The notes: generated by a model not told the origin, from the letters alone. 64,000 nucleotides of DNA from Euprymna scolopes (GCA_053919585.1 CM132785.1), one strand, 5' to 3'. Shown: positions 28,048 through 42,639, numbered from the stretch's first letter. A program made the numbers and translations.

Positions 28048-28879
28048 TATATGAGTTTGTGTGTGCATAAGGATGAAATACACGGTATATCATAAAAATG
28101 AAATGTCCTAGAGACAATATATGTGAAAAAGACATTAGGATACAAATTAAACACAAGCATAAGTCATCAATAATCGCTTTTCCTATTTTAACATCTTAAT
28201 TGATAATTAATCATTTTAAGATGTTAAAATAGGAAAAGCGAGAGAAAGAACCGGAAAAAAGAACCAAAGAATTATAAAACATGGAGGACAGTAAGCAGTA
28301 GGCAGCATCCTACAACACACCATATATATTGCCATCGACAACACACCATATATATTGCCAGATAATTAGCAGAAATAGTCATTCCCTACTCGGTTCCACT
28401 AGTCCAATCCATATAAAATACTCCGGAGATCTCCTCTAAAGACGTTGACATACAAATATGAATAACCCCACCAGATATCACATCTATTTATACTAACGCA
28501 CCTATAGGTAATTGCCTACGATTCCTCAAAATCCATCTTAGTTCAAAATGAAGTTGCCTTTGTACACCATACCTATACAATTTAATAAAAAAACACTTCT
28601 TTATTTTTAAGTATAATTCCTAGAAACAAACATTTGTTTTTTTGTGGAATATTTAAAGAACGACCTATTCACATCTATCTTAAAAAACTTCAGATATATT
28701 GGTGATACAATAATTATACATCCAAATTACAGTAATGTTTCTAACATAGTGTTGTGGCCCTAGGAAAGAATAATAAAAGAAGATTCGAACAAGAGGTTTA
28801 GATAGAAAGAATATATTGTAAAAATAAGTAAAATACAAGAACGTTTGTCGGTACTTTCCGACTTGTAAGTTAAGCAATC

Positions 28880-29330
28880 CTCATTCTCTTGATAGACGCG
28901 ATATTTATCCCCCCACCCTACGTGAGTAGTTTATATAATGATAAGCAGCGTCAAATATGAGTAGATCATAACACATAGTTAAAATAACTACATCGAATTT
29001 AACACATCATTTCTTGACTTGTGAATTAAAAAATCACATCCTTAACTTTCTTGGAATTCCTCTTATATCACCAAAAACTGCTTAAACCTCTCAGTCTACA
29101 GAAAACCAACGAATTAAAATTACCTTACACATTTCAGATCCGAACAAAACAACAAAATAAAATCCGGAATAATCATAGGCTCCTTCCTCAGTGCTCTTAA
29201 TAGTTGCAACATCGCTTCTTTCTATAATAAAAGAAACCTTTATATCAAGCTTTAACTATTCTTACTTTTTATCCGAAACGCCAAATGCTAAACTATTAAT
29301 ATCCCAAAGATAGTATGGATTAATACAGCA
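28880..29330 (+). mobile_element. Penelope-like element RT C-terminal remnant
   Basis: SVYRKPTN...HFRSEQNNKIKSGIIIGSFLSALNSC resembles the PLE motif SVYRKPTNxxxYIHFxSxHxxxxKxGIIIGFxLRALRIC. Confidence 0.65.
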
Positions 29331-29674
29331 AACACGGATAAGATTGATCACAATAAGTTTTACATAGATCTCCATGATAAACGTTTATTTCGTTACAAAT
29401 ACAATTATAATCCGTAATATAGTAAATTCAACTTTAAACAATGAAGGATTTACTAAACCAGTCTCCACCTATCTCATTAGGAGACGTCTTCTCTAGCATT
29501 TGTAAAATAAATTGGTCGAAACTGTTAGAAATATTCAACGAAGCTGTTAGAAATATTAAATCCAACATCTACGAACATAATCGAAAACTCAAGTATAATT
29601 ATTCCACTAACGCATAAGTCAAACAAAGAAACAATTTTACTCATAAGTTTTACTTCACAACTTACAACCTCCTC

Positions 29675-29805
29675 TCCCATACCGCAAATGCATCGAAAGC
29701 TCCCATACCGCAAATGCATCGAAAGGTCCCATACCGCAAATGCATCGAAAGCTCCCATACCGCAAATGCATCGAAAGTTCCCATACCGCAAATGCATCGA
29801 AAGTT
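29675..29805. repeat. 26-bp minisatellite, 5 copies (tcccataccgcaaatgcatcgaaagc)
   Basis: Units at 29675, 29701, 29727, 29753 and 29779. Confidence 0.95.
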
Positions 29806-31616
29806 CTATAATCCTTCTCTCGTCACCATCTAATATAAATCTTAAACTCGGATCTCGTTCGTTAAGCAAATATCTGGCAAAATTCATATTCGCCATTGCA
29901 TAATGCTTCGATTCCTTTTATGGTACTACACTTTTTTAATGCATTTCACCCTTTCTCCATTAAAAAAATGTCTTCCTTGCCTTGTTTTTGTTTTCATTTT
30001 ATGTCTTTATCCCACGTAATTCATTTTATTTTTCAAATAGTCACGCCTATGACCAAAATATCTAGTTTGACGTCGTCTTTCTATGTTTTTGCCGTTACTT
30101 TTTCTGAAATCATATGTTTGTCCCAATAGAATCGTAAACGTCTCGTTTTTCTGATTTATTACTGCATTAAAGTTATTTCAGTTTGTGTTTGGACATATAG
30201 GTATATAAAACAATATATGCAAATATATGTATATTATATGTGTATATATACATTAGTCTTTATTACAGAATTGTGTATCATCTAGAATCTCATGGTATTA
30301 ACATTTAAATTTGATATCATCATCAAATATACACATATATTAAAAGAAGTAAAATCTGTTCACATTGTTTACTTTTAATCAATACTCAGGTGATTCTGAG
30401 ATGCAACCGAAAGAAGGATTCAAATAATATTAAATTTTTGAAAAATATCACAAGTTACTTTTATGTCGTTATTGTTTGTTTGCGTATCCCCTTTCATTTT
30501 GGTATTTCCTAGTTATATTTTATATTAAATATCTACATGTTTCTTCTATCTTTAGTATCGAGCTGCAGTTAAAAATATATAGAATCGCTTTTGTTATATG
30601 CGTGTGTGAGGGGAACATTTTTTGCATTTTCAATTTCGGGATCGATCGCTAAACTCACGTAAAAACGCCACGCAAAAAAAAACAAAAAAAACGAATAAGT
30701 AAAACATTGCGTTGGAACAAAACGAATTAAATTTTTTTTATTTAAACATAATTTAAAAGACAGGAGAAAAAGATGATTTAACCCCCCCCCAAAAAAAAAT
30801 AAGGTTTTAATAAAAAAATAAGTGAAATCATTTTATTTGAGAAAATTGCTTATTATTAAAAATGTGTGCATCAATAGAGTTAGCAAACGGCGAAGCCAAA
30901 TGTGTATATGTACTTGGGGAAAATACTAGTGAAATTGCTCAAGCCGAACTACTAGGTAATGCTAGAATATAGACCTCGCCGATTTTTTTTCAATATGACG
31001 ACGAAAACGATATATCGACCCTTATTAAATAATCAAGATGAACAAAATAGAAACTGGTTGTTTTCATAAAACGAATCAATTTATGGAAAAAGTAAATTGC
31101 AAATTATATTTCTATCTTTATTTTGTTAAATCAATGGAAAATCGGGAAACATCTCACTTCACTTCATATATGACGGTGAGTATAAATATTACATTTAAAT
31201 AACTTAGCATGACAATTTTGATGCAAATATTGATTCAAAAGAATTCTAATTAAGATATATCAGTTTTATATTTTAATCTCCATTGCACAAGTCACCTTAC
31301 TTAAAGAAAAAACATTGGCAATAAATACTAAGTGAATAGAAAATATGAGACACAAGCTAACAATCAATAATTATAAAATTTATGAATAACAACGATTTAT
31401 TTTTTCAATATTCATTATCATTGACGAAGTAAATAAGATACTTTTTATCCAGAGTTCTGTATATTGCATTAAATATTCAAACATTCTTTCCTTTCTCACT
31501 TTTTATCGATCTGTCTTTTATCAAACTTATATATGTACACTTCATGCAAAGACAGATAAATGTGACATCATATCACCGACTAGAATAAAATCGTTGGTTA
31601 CGATTGGCCAGTAATA

Positions 31617-32090
31617 CAGGTTGACCCACTTAAAAGTAGACCATTCTCTTTCATCTTTCTCTTAATGACCAACTGATATCATAAGACAAAATGCCATTCG
31701 TTTTCGAACAAGATGACGGTCTATGCCACACGTCTTACAGATCACTGACACGAGTTCATGACGTGTGTACGGAAGAGAGAACAATAAGCAAAAGGGTTAT
31801 GGCCATCACGTAGCCCGGACTTATCATCATGTGATTTTTATCTTTGGGGTATTTTAAAACAAAAGTTTATGCAAATAATCCCCACAATCAAAAGCAAAAG
31901 AAGAAGAACATACCACGCTATCAGTTGAATCGCCAGAGAAGATCTACAGGCAGTATCTGCAAACGTTGTTAAACGTGCGCAGAAATGCATCTTTTATAAA
32001 ACTACAGGCAATTTAAACAATAAAGGACATTCCTTGTCTCTTTTCATTTTTTCCTATATTTTCTGGGCTACTTTAAAGTGGGCCACTCTG
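31617..32090 (+). mobile_element. Internally deleted Tc1/mariner-superfamily element
   Basis: TA|CAGGTTGACCCACTTAAAAGTAG ... CTACTTTAAAGTGGGCCACTCTG|TA termini; internal WPSRSPDLSSCDFYLWGILKQK motif. Confidence 0.85.
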
Positions 32091-34074
32091 TAGAATACTG
32101 GGAATATTTACAAATCCTTTTATTACACCTACATTTTAGAATACTGCGAATATTTACAAATCCTTTTACTACACCTACATTTTACTACACCTACATTTTT
32201 GCATAATGCATAATGCAAATTATTAAAATGAAAAAGGAAAATAGAGCTTTTCTATCTACATGGTTGCTACTAAAATTATGTTTGACCAATGAAACCAATA
32301 TTATTATCAAAAAGAGCATAAGATAGCTTTATTAAAATATAGTTAAGTATCTATTTTAGGAATTGACAAAGCTCAAGACACGGACTAAATCTACCTTAAC
32401 ATATAAATTTATTTGCTTCTTATTGAGATAGAAAAATACAAAAGCTTCAAGTACTTATAAAAATGTCATTTATTAATATTTGAATAACAAGGTAACATCT
32501 ATCACAATTCATTGCGGTTTCTTCGTTAATAAGTCAATCATGTTAATCTTTTATGAGTTTATTCTTGCATATACTTTATTAGTTGTTTATTCAATTTATT
32601 CGAGTTTATTCTGCATATACTTTATTAGTTGGGAGAATTCATTCGGTCAAATAAAAATGTATTTCTATTTGACAGAATAAATTCATGTTTCTACACAATT
32701 GCTTTTTACACTAGCATGAAACAGATGACAATTTTGAATGATTAACATTAGACATTAAAATCATCATTGATTTTAGTGGTTTGTCTTAATATGAATGAAG
32801 TGCAAGAGGTTTTTCAAATTTCAGAGATTAATAGAAAAATAAACAATTGACAATAATGCAAAGAACATTAAATAATGTTGCATTTCAGAGTTCAATAAAT
32901 GCTTTCATGGTCCAAGCCATTTTGAAGACTTAATCTCTTAAGTAACGGCTATTGTTTGCATGCGGATAGTCTCAGAGACGGTTAGCTTGGTAATTACTGT
33001 CTAAAAAAAAAAAAAAAACTTATGTAAAAACTTATTGATCAAATTGTCTTTTTCTTCATTACTAGTGAATTCAATAATTAATTAAATCTAACCACTTTTT
33101 GAGTTTGTAACGGGAAATGAAGTACCAACTCGTACACAGACCAGAGGTTCAACGTAATGTGATAAATTTAAAAATAATCACTAAAGGGGATCTACACCGA
33201 AAATAAAGTATTAAAAACATCAGTTAGTAATTGAGCGTGAAAAAAGAGATGACACATTTAAAATTATGGAACATCGAAGTTTAATTTATAAAATTAATTG
33301 CTCATCAGTGTTTTTTATTAGTCAAACCTGTTCGAAAGTTTTCGAATCCATACAATTTTTGTGTCTTTTAATTAAAACTTAATTTTATTTCAATTAGCGA
33401 TAAAATATTTTAGCTGCTTTTCATGCACTCTAAGGGAATTATTAAACTGCAATAGTTTCGACCCAAAAATTCAATCGCAAACGTATTATCTCGGAGAAGA
33501 CAATGTGAAAATACAGTTTACACAACTAAAGTTCTGAAGAGGTGTTATTTTGTGCATTTTAACTTCCAGTTGAACGTATTTAAATGCTTAGTAGGAAAAA
33601 CAATTTTCATAATGTTTTAGTGTAGCCGCTGTAAAAAACCCGTTTCAACGAGTTTCATATTCTATTGAATATCATGTTTAAAGTAATACAAATATGCCTC
33701 CACCCCTGTCATTATTTCCATGGCGATCTATCCGAACGAATTTCAAATTGGTGAAGTCTAATAGCGTAAATGTTGGATGGACAGCAGATCTTGTCTTTTA
33801 TAAATATTCAGATTACAAATATTTGGTTTCTACCAAAATGTTGATAGTAAACGTGCCCAACTCATTCTTTCATATTGACCATATGTTGATTTGATATGAA
33901 CAATTACTAAATTGTTATAAATACCATCACAACTAGATTTAAGAATTTTTATTTTAAAAAGAAGTAGCCACTTTTCAAGACCTCGATGCACACTGGAGGG
34001 TAAGGGTTAATGAATGTACAGTAATCAATGAGACAATATCTTAGTAATCGATATTGGTGTAAATTAGATTACTT

Positions 34075-34210
34075 AAGGAGACGGCTTACGTTGGACTTGA
34101 AGACAACAATATCGTAGTGAGCTAGAAAGCAAGGAAAAACGGAAGATAATTCTACAGACGTGCATTTCTAAGAATGAAAGCACATATAAAGAGTGAGGGA
34201 AATTATTGAT
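34075..34210 (-). mobile_element. Short CR1/Jockey-group LINE 3' fragment
   Basis: Similar to the 3' ends at 55565-55690 and 49425-49540 in this window. Confidence 0.7.
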
Positions 34211-34458
34211 AGTGGTGTTAGGCGGGTGTTTGTCATAATAGTTTAAATATTGCAATTTTATCTTTTACATCTAAAAATAAAAAGGCAAGTTTTTTATTTA
34301 CTAAATAATCCCTTTTATATTCGATAAAGTGACTTTGGGGATATATATATATATATTTATAAAATTATAATTACTTTAGAAGTTATATGAGGTTGAAACT
34401 TATGTTGTTACTATTATACTGAATATTCTCAGTATAGGCATTACCGCACCCTCCCTCC

Positions 34459-34505
<47 letters not shown>

Positions 34506-34861
34506 CTTCTATAAATTCGGTTTTCTTTTGTGAGTTATCGATATTCATATTAAAACATTCTTTTCTATTTATTAAAAAGAAAATACAATTTTCTTATATC
34601 TTGGTTGTGGAATTACATTCACTAGCAAACGATCTAGTTAATTTGCATATTCTTTTAAACATTCATTTCAATTAATTCCCTATTAGTTGCTTCCGTTTTT
34701 TTAATGGGATAATCATCTTTAGTTAACTATTACCTGTAATTATATTCATGCAGATATTATACATGATTTATACTTGCATAATATTTGCGAAAATTTTTTA
34801 TAGTTAACACAAAATTGTTTCCATATATATTCATGTATACTTATATATTTTTCAAAACAAA

Positions 34862-34868
34862 TCTATCC

Positions 34869-34906
<38 letters not shown>

Positions 34907-35323
34907 AAAAGTGAACGTGTCTGTCTGTGTTTCTGTGTGTATGTCTGTCTGTCTGTGTACATTTCCCTACGCAATAACTCTGTCAATTTTTAGTCTACAA
35001 ACTCAAAATTTGATATACAGGGTACTAAGATTTGGGAAAATATTTGTGTTTGGGTTTCAGCCAGAAATTTGTCAACTATTTGACCTTTGAGAATTCTACC
35101 AAACTCCTCCGACAATTTTGGGTCTAAACACTTGAAATTTTAGATACAGGTTCCTTGGACATGGATCTAACTTAATAAATTGATATGAACCGAAAACAAT
35201 AAATGTTAAGGGGTGATAATAGGCGTCAAAGTTTTAAAAAAATTGACAGTTTTTCTTTTTTTTTTTTTTTTTTGCTCAACATACACCTCCAAACACCCGG
35301 GCACCGGCAGGCTGAAATGCTAG
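34862..35323 (+). mobile_element. Non-autonomous Helitron
   Basis: 5' TC within (TCTA)n followed by ataaaagtg and (GTCT)n; 3' GC-rich hairpin cccgggcaccggcaggctg then CTAG|T. Confidence 0.75.
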
Positions 35324-36559
35324 TATATATATATAATGGATAATTTTATTTTAAAAACAATACATATGCCGCTCTCCATTTGGGGGTACCAAATTGGTAA
35401 AAGGGAAAATTATTCTCAACTCGCATTTAGGTAAAATGCATTTTCGTATACATAATTGAATGCATTCAAAAAGTANNNNNNNNNNNNNNNNNNNNNNNNN
35501 NNNNNNNNNNNNNNNNNNNNNNNNNNNNNNNNNNNNNNNNNNNNNNNNNNNNNNNNNNNNNNNNNNNNNNNNNNNNNNNNNNNNNNNNNNNNNNNNNNNN
35601 NNNNNNNNNNNNNNNNNNNNNNNNNNNNNNNNNNNTAGAAAGATAAACACGAGAGAATGAAAGAGATAAAGAAAAAAAGCGAGAGAAACAGTGTGAATGG
35701 AAGTAAAAAATAAAATAAAAATCTAAGTTTATTTGTTATATTTGTAGCTCTAATATTTTGTCTGTTTCGTTTATATTTCTACCACTATTAGTTTTGTAGA
35801 ATTTTACTTTCAAATTAAATTATTTACAGATTTTTTTTTCTCAGTATCCGTTCTAAATTCAGAAGCTTTAGTACAATACAAAAATTAGCCAATGAAACTG
35901 AATTCCTTTATATTTAGAAGACTGGAACTCAAACACGTCACATTTACTCAAATACTTATGGTTTATATTTAGAAAAAAAAGAGTGAGACTGACTATAGTG
36001 CACAATAATGATAGCAAAGTACCCACGAATCATGATTAACAAGAAAGTGTTGGCAAACGAAGCGTCTCAGGCTGGCAAATTTAGCTTCAGTAATATTGAA
36101 GAAGTTTATGATTGTAAAATAAAAAACAATGTGGATTTCATTTTAAAACATCCTGATCAAATCTCGGAAAAGTTTACATCTTTAATGTAAACGATTTAAT
36201 CGTTTTTTTTAAATATTAAATAACATTAGTGCAAAAATTATAGAAAAATTGTAATAAAATATAATGATAAAAATTGAAATATTTTACCGCTCAAAAACTA
36301 TTCTTTATTCAACATTTTATAAAAATGTTGAATAAGAATATACACATTGATTTATGCACAAAAATAAAAATAATTCTTTACGTTATGTTTTCTTATATTT
36401 ACTCATAAAAATTTTATCGTTGACATACTAGCCGGCACGCGGAGAAACATCTATATAAGTAAACGTTAGTTTTCTTATGCCAAAAAAAAAAAAAAAAATA
36501 AATAAATAAAAAATAGATAAAAAAAAGTAAAAGAAAAGAAAACCGCCTAAATTACATAG

Positions 36560-37250
36560 TAGAAAAACCGGCTGGATCTATTGTATACTGGAAACAATTG
36601 TCGCGAGTGTATTGTGCATTTTCTTATGACAGGATCTTGGACAACATTGATGAAATGAAAGAAAAAGGAAAGCATATTGTCTCAACTTGAATAGACTAAA
36701 ATTGTTAACCTAAATTACAGGAACAGCGAAATTAATCTCCCCTCCTCGATATAGCAATGTCTTGTTTTCTGTGAGTCCATAGCCCGCAGTCACTGACGGG
36801 GTTGCATATCAAGTGGGTTGTCCTTCTGGATACGGTGGAGCTTAGATGGAGACAATATTCATTGAACTCTACAAGAAAAAAAAAATTGGTATATGGCAAA
36901 TCGGCCCGCTTCTTGTATAGTCATCAAAACAATTCGAAAGACAAAATTTCCATTTCCCCGGAGCGTTGCTTGATGACTGTGTTCAGTTCAAAGCGTTGCA
37001 CAAATTACTGTTGTTTTAGTGTAGTCTTAACGCTTCCTGTGCACTGTCATTAGTATTTCATCATAGATGCTCTCCATGGCCTTCCTCGCTCCGTTTCGTC
37101 GTAACTCTTTTAACACATCCGCTCACAGGAACTGCCGAGCATAGGACGCGGGCTATGTACCAATGAGCACGAAGGAATTCTAAGCATTTTATTTTTTTTA
37201 TTCTCGCATTTCTTGGCGATTTTTAATTCTGCTCTTCATTGCCAATCCCG
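36560..37250 (-). mobile_element. Highly decayed mariner-type transposase fragment
   Basis: Minus-strand YDETERGRP (cf. DExRSGRP) and collinear remnants of the HYxPExKxQSxxW...KKxKT region. Confidence 0.4.
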
Positions 37251-38597
37251 AGGAATACATTATTCTGCCGGAAGCAATGCAATTGCAACTATAAGTCTTT
37301 TCTAATCTAGTTTATCTTTTAATTTTCCTTCATCTAGTTTATCTTTTAATGTTCCTTTATTTTCCTGTAACTTCATGTGCATTTTATAATAGAACTTTCT
37401 CATCGGCATTACAATTTTCTGTTCATTACGATCGAAAATATTTTTTGTGTAATTAATGGAAGACATATCAGAATAATCTGACGAGTATTAAAACTATGAA
37501 AACGATTTGTTCTTTCGAAATTCCACGTGTAAATTTATGCATAGATACATGCGTGCGGAGGGGAGCATCGATCGCTATGTTGGCTTTGCAATTTATCAGA
37601 TATCCCAAAATGATCATATATTCTACACAGAATATGTGTGTTTTTAAAACAGAATATTGATGAAATGATTTTTTGTAAAGGATTATCGATAGCAACAATA
37701 TCGTTGTCAAAGGAATTTAATACTGAATCGACTAATCTCGGATAGTAAAGCTTTTTGTGAGATGTGTTTAAATAGTCTCTGTTTTAACGCTAAAAATTCT
37801 TTTTTTTTTAAATTTAATCATGATAAATATGTGTCCAGCGACGAACGATTGGAGCCATAGAGACACGTGATCGTCTCTCTATATAAAGGCCGATTTGCAA
37901 TGGAGATACTATTTCAAACTGAAACAGTATGACCGACAGGCCAAACGGACCTAATTTTGTCATAACAGTACGAGGACAGTACTAAAGAAACGACCACGAT
38001 GGAGTATATTAACTATTTGATTCGCATTAGTGAATTTACAAAACAAAATACACCGGGAGATTATTCTTAAATGAGTTCTTTTAAGCATATTATTGAACAG
38101 GCAGTTTGTGTTCCTACTTCATTATAACATGCGATTGAATCTCATGTAGGTCTAACGATTTGTTTCGACTGAATATGTACATAATGACTTTAAAATAATC
38201 AACATGGTAACACCAAGATGTATAAGGTAAAGATGATTTAAAACAGTGTTCTTTTTTGTAAATCTGTAAACTGTAGTCGTAAAGGGTATTCGCCATTATT
38301 AGTTCAAAGCGTATTATTTTTCTTAAACAATTTCTAATAATTTTGCCAATAAACAGATACATCCGTCATAATTACTTTCATACAAATGCTAACGTTTTTT
38401 TCAGGGAAATTTCACAGATTTTTCAAACCAGCTATAAAGTGGGAAATGCTGGTTTAAGGTAACAATTAGATAATGATCAATTTCCATATGTTGCGTTAAC
38501 ATCGATCAAGGAGCGAATAGGATTAAGTGATATTGTTTTACAAATTAGTTAAAGACATTAATGCATGTCTATCGCACTCATCTTTCTCTATCTCTTA

Positions 38598-38684
<87 letters not shown>

Positions 38685-39129
38685 CATTTGACTTGTTACA
38701 TGACTCGAATTTGTCATTTGATACAAATCATAAGACGTTGAAATAAAAAAATCAAAGATGGTTGTATAAATGTAACCATAATAATTTCGCAACTGAACTT
38801 GGTATTCAAAGATGAAATGCAGTGTAGAATGCGCCGTTTTTTCAAATTATGGTGTGGTTGGGCAAATGTGTTTTACAGAGGAAAGCTATTCCAGGAAAAG
38901 GGATATGATAAATCAACAACTTACTCCTAATAGAGGAAAGACGAAATAATGGGCGATTGTTTTTTATCATAGACTGAAAATGCGGAAAAAAAATAGAGAT
39001 TAACAAATATAAATATCAGTGTTTTTTTATGTACACAAAATCTTTCTCTCTCTCATGCTCTCTTTCTCTCCCTTTCTCTCCCCTCCCCCCTCTCTCTCTT
39101 TCTATCTCTGATGTTGAATTAGAGATAAA

Positions 39130-40458
39130 GTCTGCAAATATAAATGCACAGCATTACTTACGAGTACAAATGAGAGAGTAATATTGAAATAACTAATGTA
39201 CATGACGGACGAGTTCGAATCAGAAAGTAAAACTGCAAATACAAATGTACTGTATTGTACACGAGTTCGAATGAAAGAGCTGTGCAATTTACAGTATGAG
39301 ATCCGAGGACGAATAAGTAAGTAATGCTGCAAATACTAACGCACAGTATTACCTACGAGTTCAGATAAGAAAGTAATGCTAAGAATACAAATCAAGAGTT
39401 CTGCAAATAATCGTTTAGAGTATAATTCACGGGTTCGACTGAGATAGTAATGCTGCCAATAATATTCTATAGCATTACTTCTGAAAAAAAGAGTTTAATG
39501 CTGCCAATAATCATTTAAAGCATTTCTTACGAGTTGAAATGAGAGAGAGAGAGAGTATTATTGCATATACTACTGTAATGCATTACTCGGGAGTTTGAAT
39601 CGAAAAGGAATAATTCAAATACTAATATAAAGTATTACTCACTAGTTCGAATGATAGAGTAATGCTGCAAATATTAATAAGCACATTATCCAGGAGTTCG
39701 AATAGGAGAATAATGTGAAAATATTAATGAACAGTATTACTCACGAGCTTTGTAAGAACGTATTGCTGCAAATACTAATGTACAATATTAGTCGGGAGCA
39801 GGAATGCTATTAATGCACAGCAATACTCATGTTGTCAAATGAGAGTTTAATGCTGCAAATACTCCTGCACAGTATAAATTAGGAGTTCAACAAATGAAAT
39901 GCTGCAAATACTAATGTACAACATTACTCACAAGTTCGAATGAGAGTGTTATGCAGAAATACTAATGTACAGCATTCCTCACAAGTTCGAATCAAAGAGT
40001 AAAATTGCAAAGACTACGAATTCGAATGCTTAAATAATGCTGCAAGTACTCATGCAAAACCTTACGGGTTCGAATAAGAGAGTAATGCTGCAATGAATAA
40101 TTTACATCTTTATTCACACGTTCTAATGAGAGAGTAATTCTTCAAATACTTACGTATAGCATTACTGAGGAATTCGAATGAGAGTGTAATGATGCAAATG
40201 TTAAGTACATCATTACTTTCTCATTCGAATGACAGAGTAATGCTACAAATAATCATGTACAACATTACGTACGAGATTATATGAGAAAATAATACGTAAA
40301 ATACTTATCTACAGTATTACTAATTAGTTCAATAAGAGGAGAGTAATGGTGCAAATACTAATTTACAGTATTTACAAGTACGATCCAGAGAGCTATGATG
40401 TACATACTAACGTAAAGCATTATTCACGAGTTCGAATGATAGAGTAATGCTGTAAATA
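39130..40458. repeat. Diverged ~52-bp satellite, ~25 units, each with an internal inverted repeat
   Basis: Consensus gtaatgctgcaaatactaatgtacagcattactcacgagttcgaatgagaga recurs throughout. Confidence 0.9.
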
Positions 40459-42639
40459 CGTTCACCTTAATTCGTCTAGCATGATCTATTGTCGTCCCTC
40501 TTTTATGTGGCACTTTTCTGTAATCCAGTTTAAAATATTTTCCAATATGAAATAGATGCACAACGATGAGAATTTATTTAAAGGAGCCGGACAAGCACAG
40601 CCATTACATCACATTATAAAAACATTTGGAAAACTGTTTCGGAATTTTAATATGACGACTGAAAATTTATATTATTTGGATTATTTGGACTACTGTTCTT
40701 ATTTTGGATCCTATTTGCTCAACATTCCAGCAAATCTGAAATCCAACATTCTTCAAATGTTTTCATACGAATTCTTGATGCAAGGAATAAAGTGCTAGGT
40801 AACAATCAGTTCTAAGTGATAGTTGTCTAGAGTTGAAGTTTCGCTAATCACTACAAGCCATACTTAAAATAATTAATAAATGATTAAGACTTCAAACCAT
40901 TTATTGTTCTCGGAACAATTCCAATTTATTTTGTAGATTTAATAAATTGTTACGTTCGAAATTTAGTACAAATTCAGATTTAGTTCAGCATTGAAACTCG
41001 AAGTAGACAAGACAGACTCTAAAGTAGTCGTTTGTTACACCAGTCGAAACGTACTAAAATAGCATTCAAGTTTAGAACAATGTCTGAATAACCCAAATAA
41101 TATAAATGCCAAATTTTGTTTGCTGTCACACTTTTTCTTTCCAGAGTTTATACTTTAACGATGCGGTTTTGCTACTGTGACACAAATCCAACAAAACCAA
41201 AAGTGTTTACATATTGAAAGAGATAAAACTAAAGAGAACGTAACAAAGAATCACTTGTAATCAACATCGGGCGGTAATCACTTGATTGTGTCCATATTTG
41301 TAGATAGTAAAAATAAAACCCTTTAGAGAAATCCTGGAATCTCTTTCACGTTTTTATAAATATATAGAGTTGCATCTATGCATCTAATAATGTATGAGTC
41401 GGTAAAGTAATTATAGGATTTGCTTGCCGGACAGCTTGGGGAATAAAACGAACTAATGCAATCTAAAAAAAACGTGGTTTTATTGCAAAGTAATTCTATC
41501 AACTTTAAGCCCATTTGGATAATGTTTCGCTGAATGGTTTCTGCTTTTTATCTTGTTTTCTCTCTATGTTAACCGATCTGCTTCATTTAACGATACAACC
41601 ATTTTTTTTATCGTAAAAAGTGGATTATTAAGATAAAGAACACATTTTTTTCCTGGAAAATTTTTGAATATAGCCAACAAAACGGATTAGATGCGGGCGT
41701 ATCAAAATAGAATTGAAATTTTCCACGCAAAGTTTAAAGCAAGTAGGATAGAATTTTCGAAATCTAAGTCGAGGTAAAGACACATGTTTCGTGTTTGTAT
41801 TTTAATGTAATCGACAGAAAGAGTAGTTATGATTGCAATAAGTGTTCTTCATTTTGGAGAATAGGAGTGAAGTATCTTATGTGTAAACATGTATAGTTTA
41901 AAGCAAGAAATGATCCGAAAATGATTTTTTAAAATCTAAGTGCATTTGCGATGTGTTTTTTTAAAATTAATANNNNNNNNNNNNNNNNNNNNNNNNNNNN
42001 NNNNNNNNNNNNNNNNNNNNNNNNNNNNNNNNNNNNNNNNNNNNNNNNNNNNNNNNNNNNNNNNNNNNNNNNNNNNNNNNNNNNNNNNNNNNNNNNNNNN
42101 NNNNNNNNNNNNNNNNNNNNNNNNNNNNNNNNNNNNNNNNNNNNNNNNNNNNNNNNNNNNNNNNNNNNNNNNNNNNNNNNNNNNNNNNNNNGGCTGACAT
42201 GGAGCTTTCACACAAGTCAACAAACGATCTGATTGGAAACGTGTGGTGTTCTCTGGAAGCTGAGTAAACGAGAATAAGCAGAAAAGAAGAAGTAGAAAAG
42301 GGAAAGGAAAGAGAAGACGTCTAAACCCACAGAAAATAGGCGATGAGAGCTTCGGCTTCCGACTTACCACTCTGACTACAAAAGATATGACTAGTGAGTT
42401 CTGTCAACGAAGTGGGTGCACTCTTAGTACTACTTCACTAAAAAAATGAAATTCTTCATTAAAAATCGTTTTCTCCCATAGAATCTTTTCTTTGTTAATG
42501 TAGTTTCTCGATAGGTTAGAAGTATTTCAATAATCAGAATTGTTAAAAAATCATTTCATAAGACTTTCTATTTAAAAACGATTCTATTTTAAAACAAAAA
42601 TTATGGGCTGTAAGGGCCCACATTCTATCAAATATAAAA

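Larger units (their letters stand above)
21690..40798 (+). pseudogene. Decayed multi-Ig-domain membrane protein gene, copy B (putative exons ~21690-21842, 22231-22297, 25288-25650, 30269-30450, 30878-31175, 31453-31610, 32676-32980, 33066-33310, 35845-36190, 37470-37760, 37839-38100, 38405-38547, 40556-40798)
   Basis: Segments with polypyrimidine-AG acceptors and often GT donors give Ig-like motifs: GANIIC...IEWKY...HSNATLT; QVILRC...IKFLKN; NGEAKCVY; LSWSK...LSNGYCLHADS; GSTPKIKY; YLIRISEFTKQNTPGDYS. A TM-like FILFGLFGLLFLFWILF lies at ~40665-40720. Many stops and frameshifts; individual exon calls are uncertain. Confidence 0.5.

Noticed and set aside
15197-40458. Tandem arrays as CRISPR
   Set aside because: No unique spacers, no cas genes, and a eukaryotic context.
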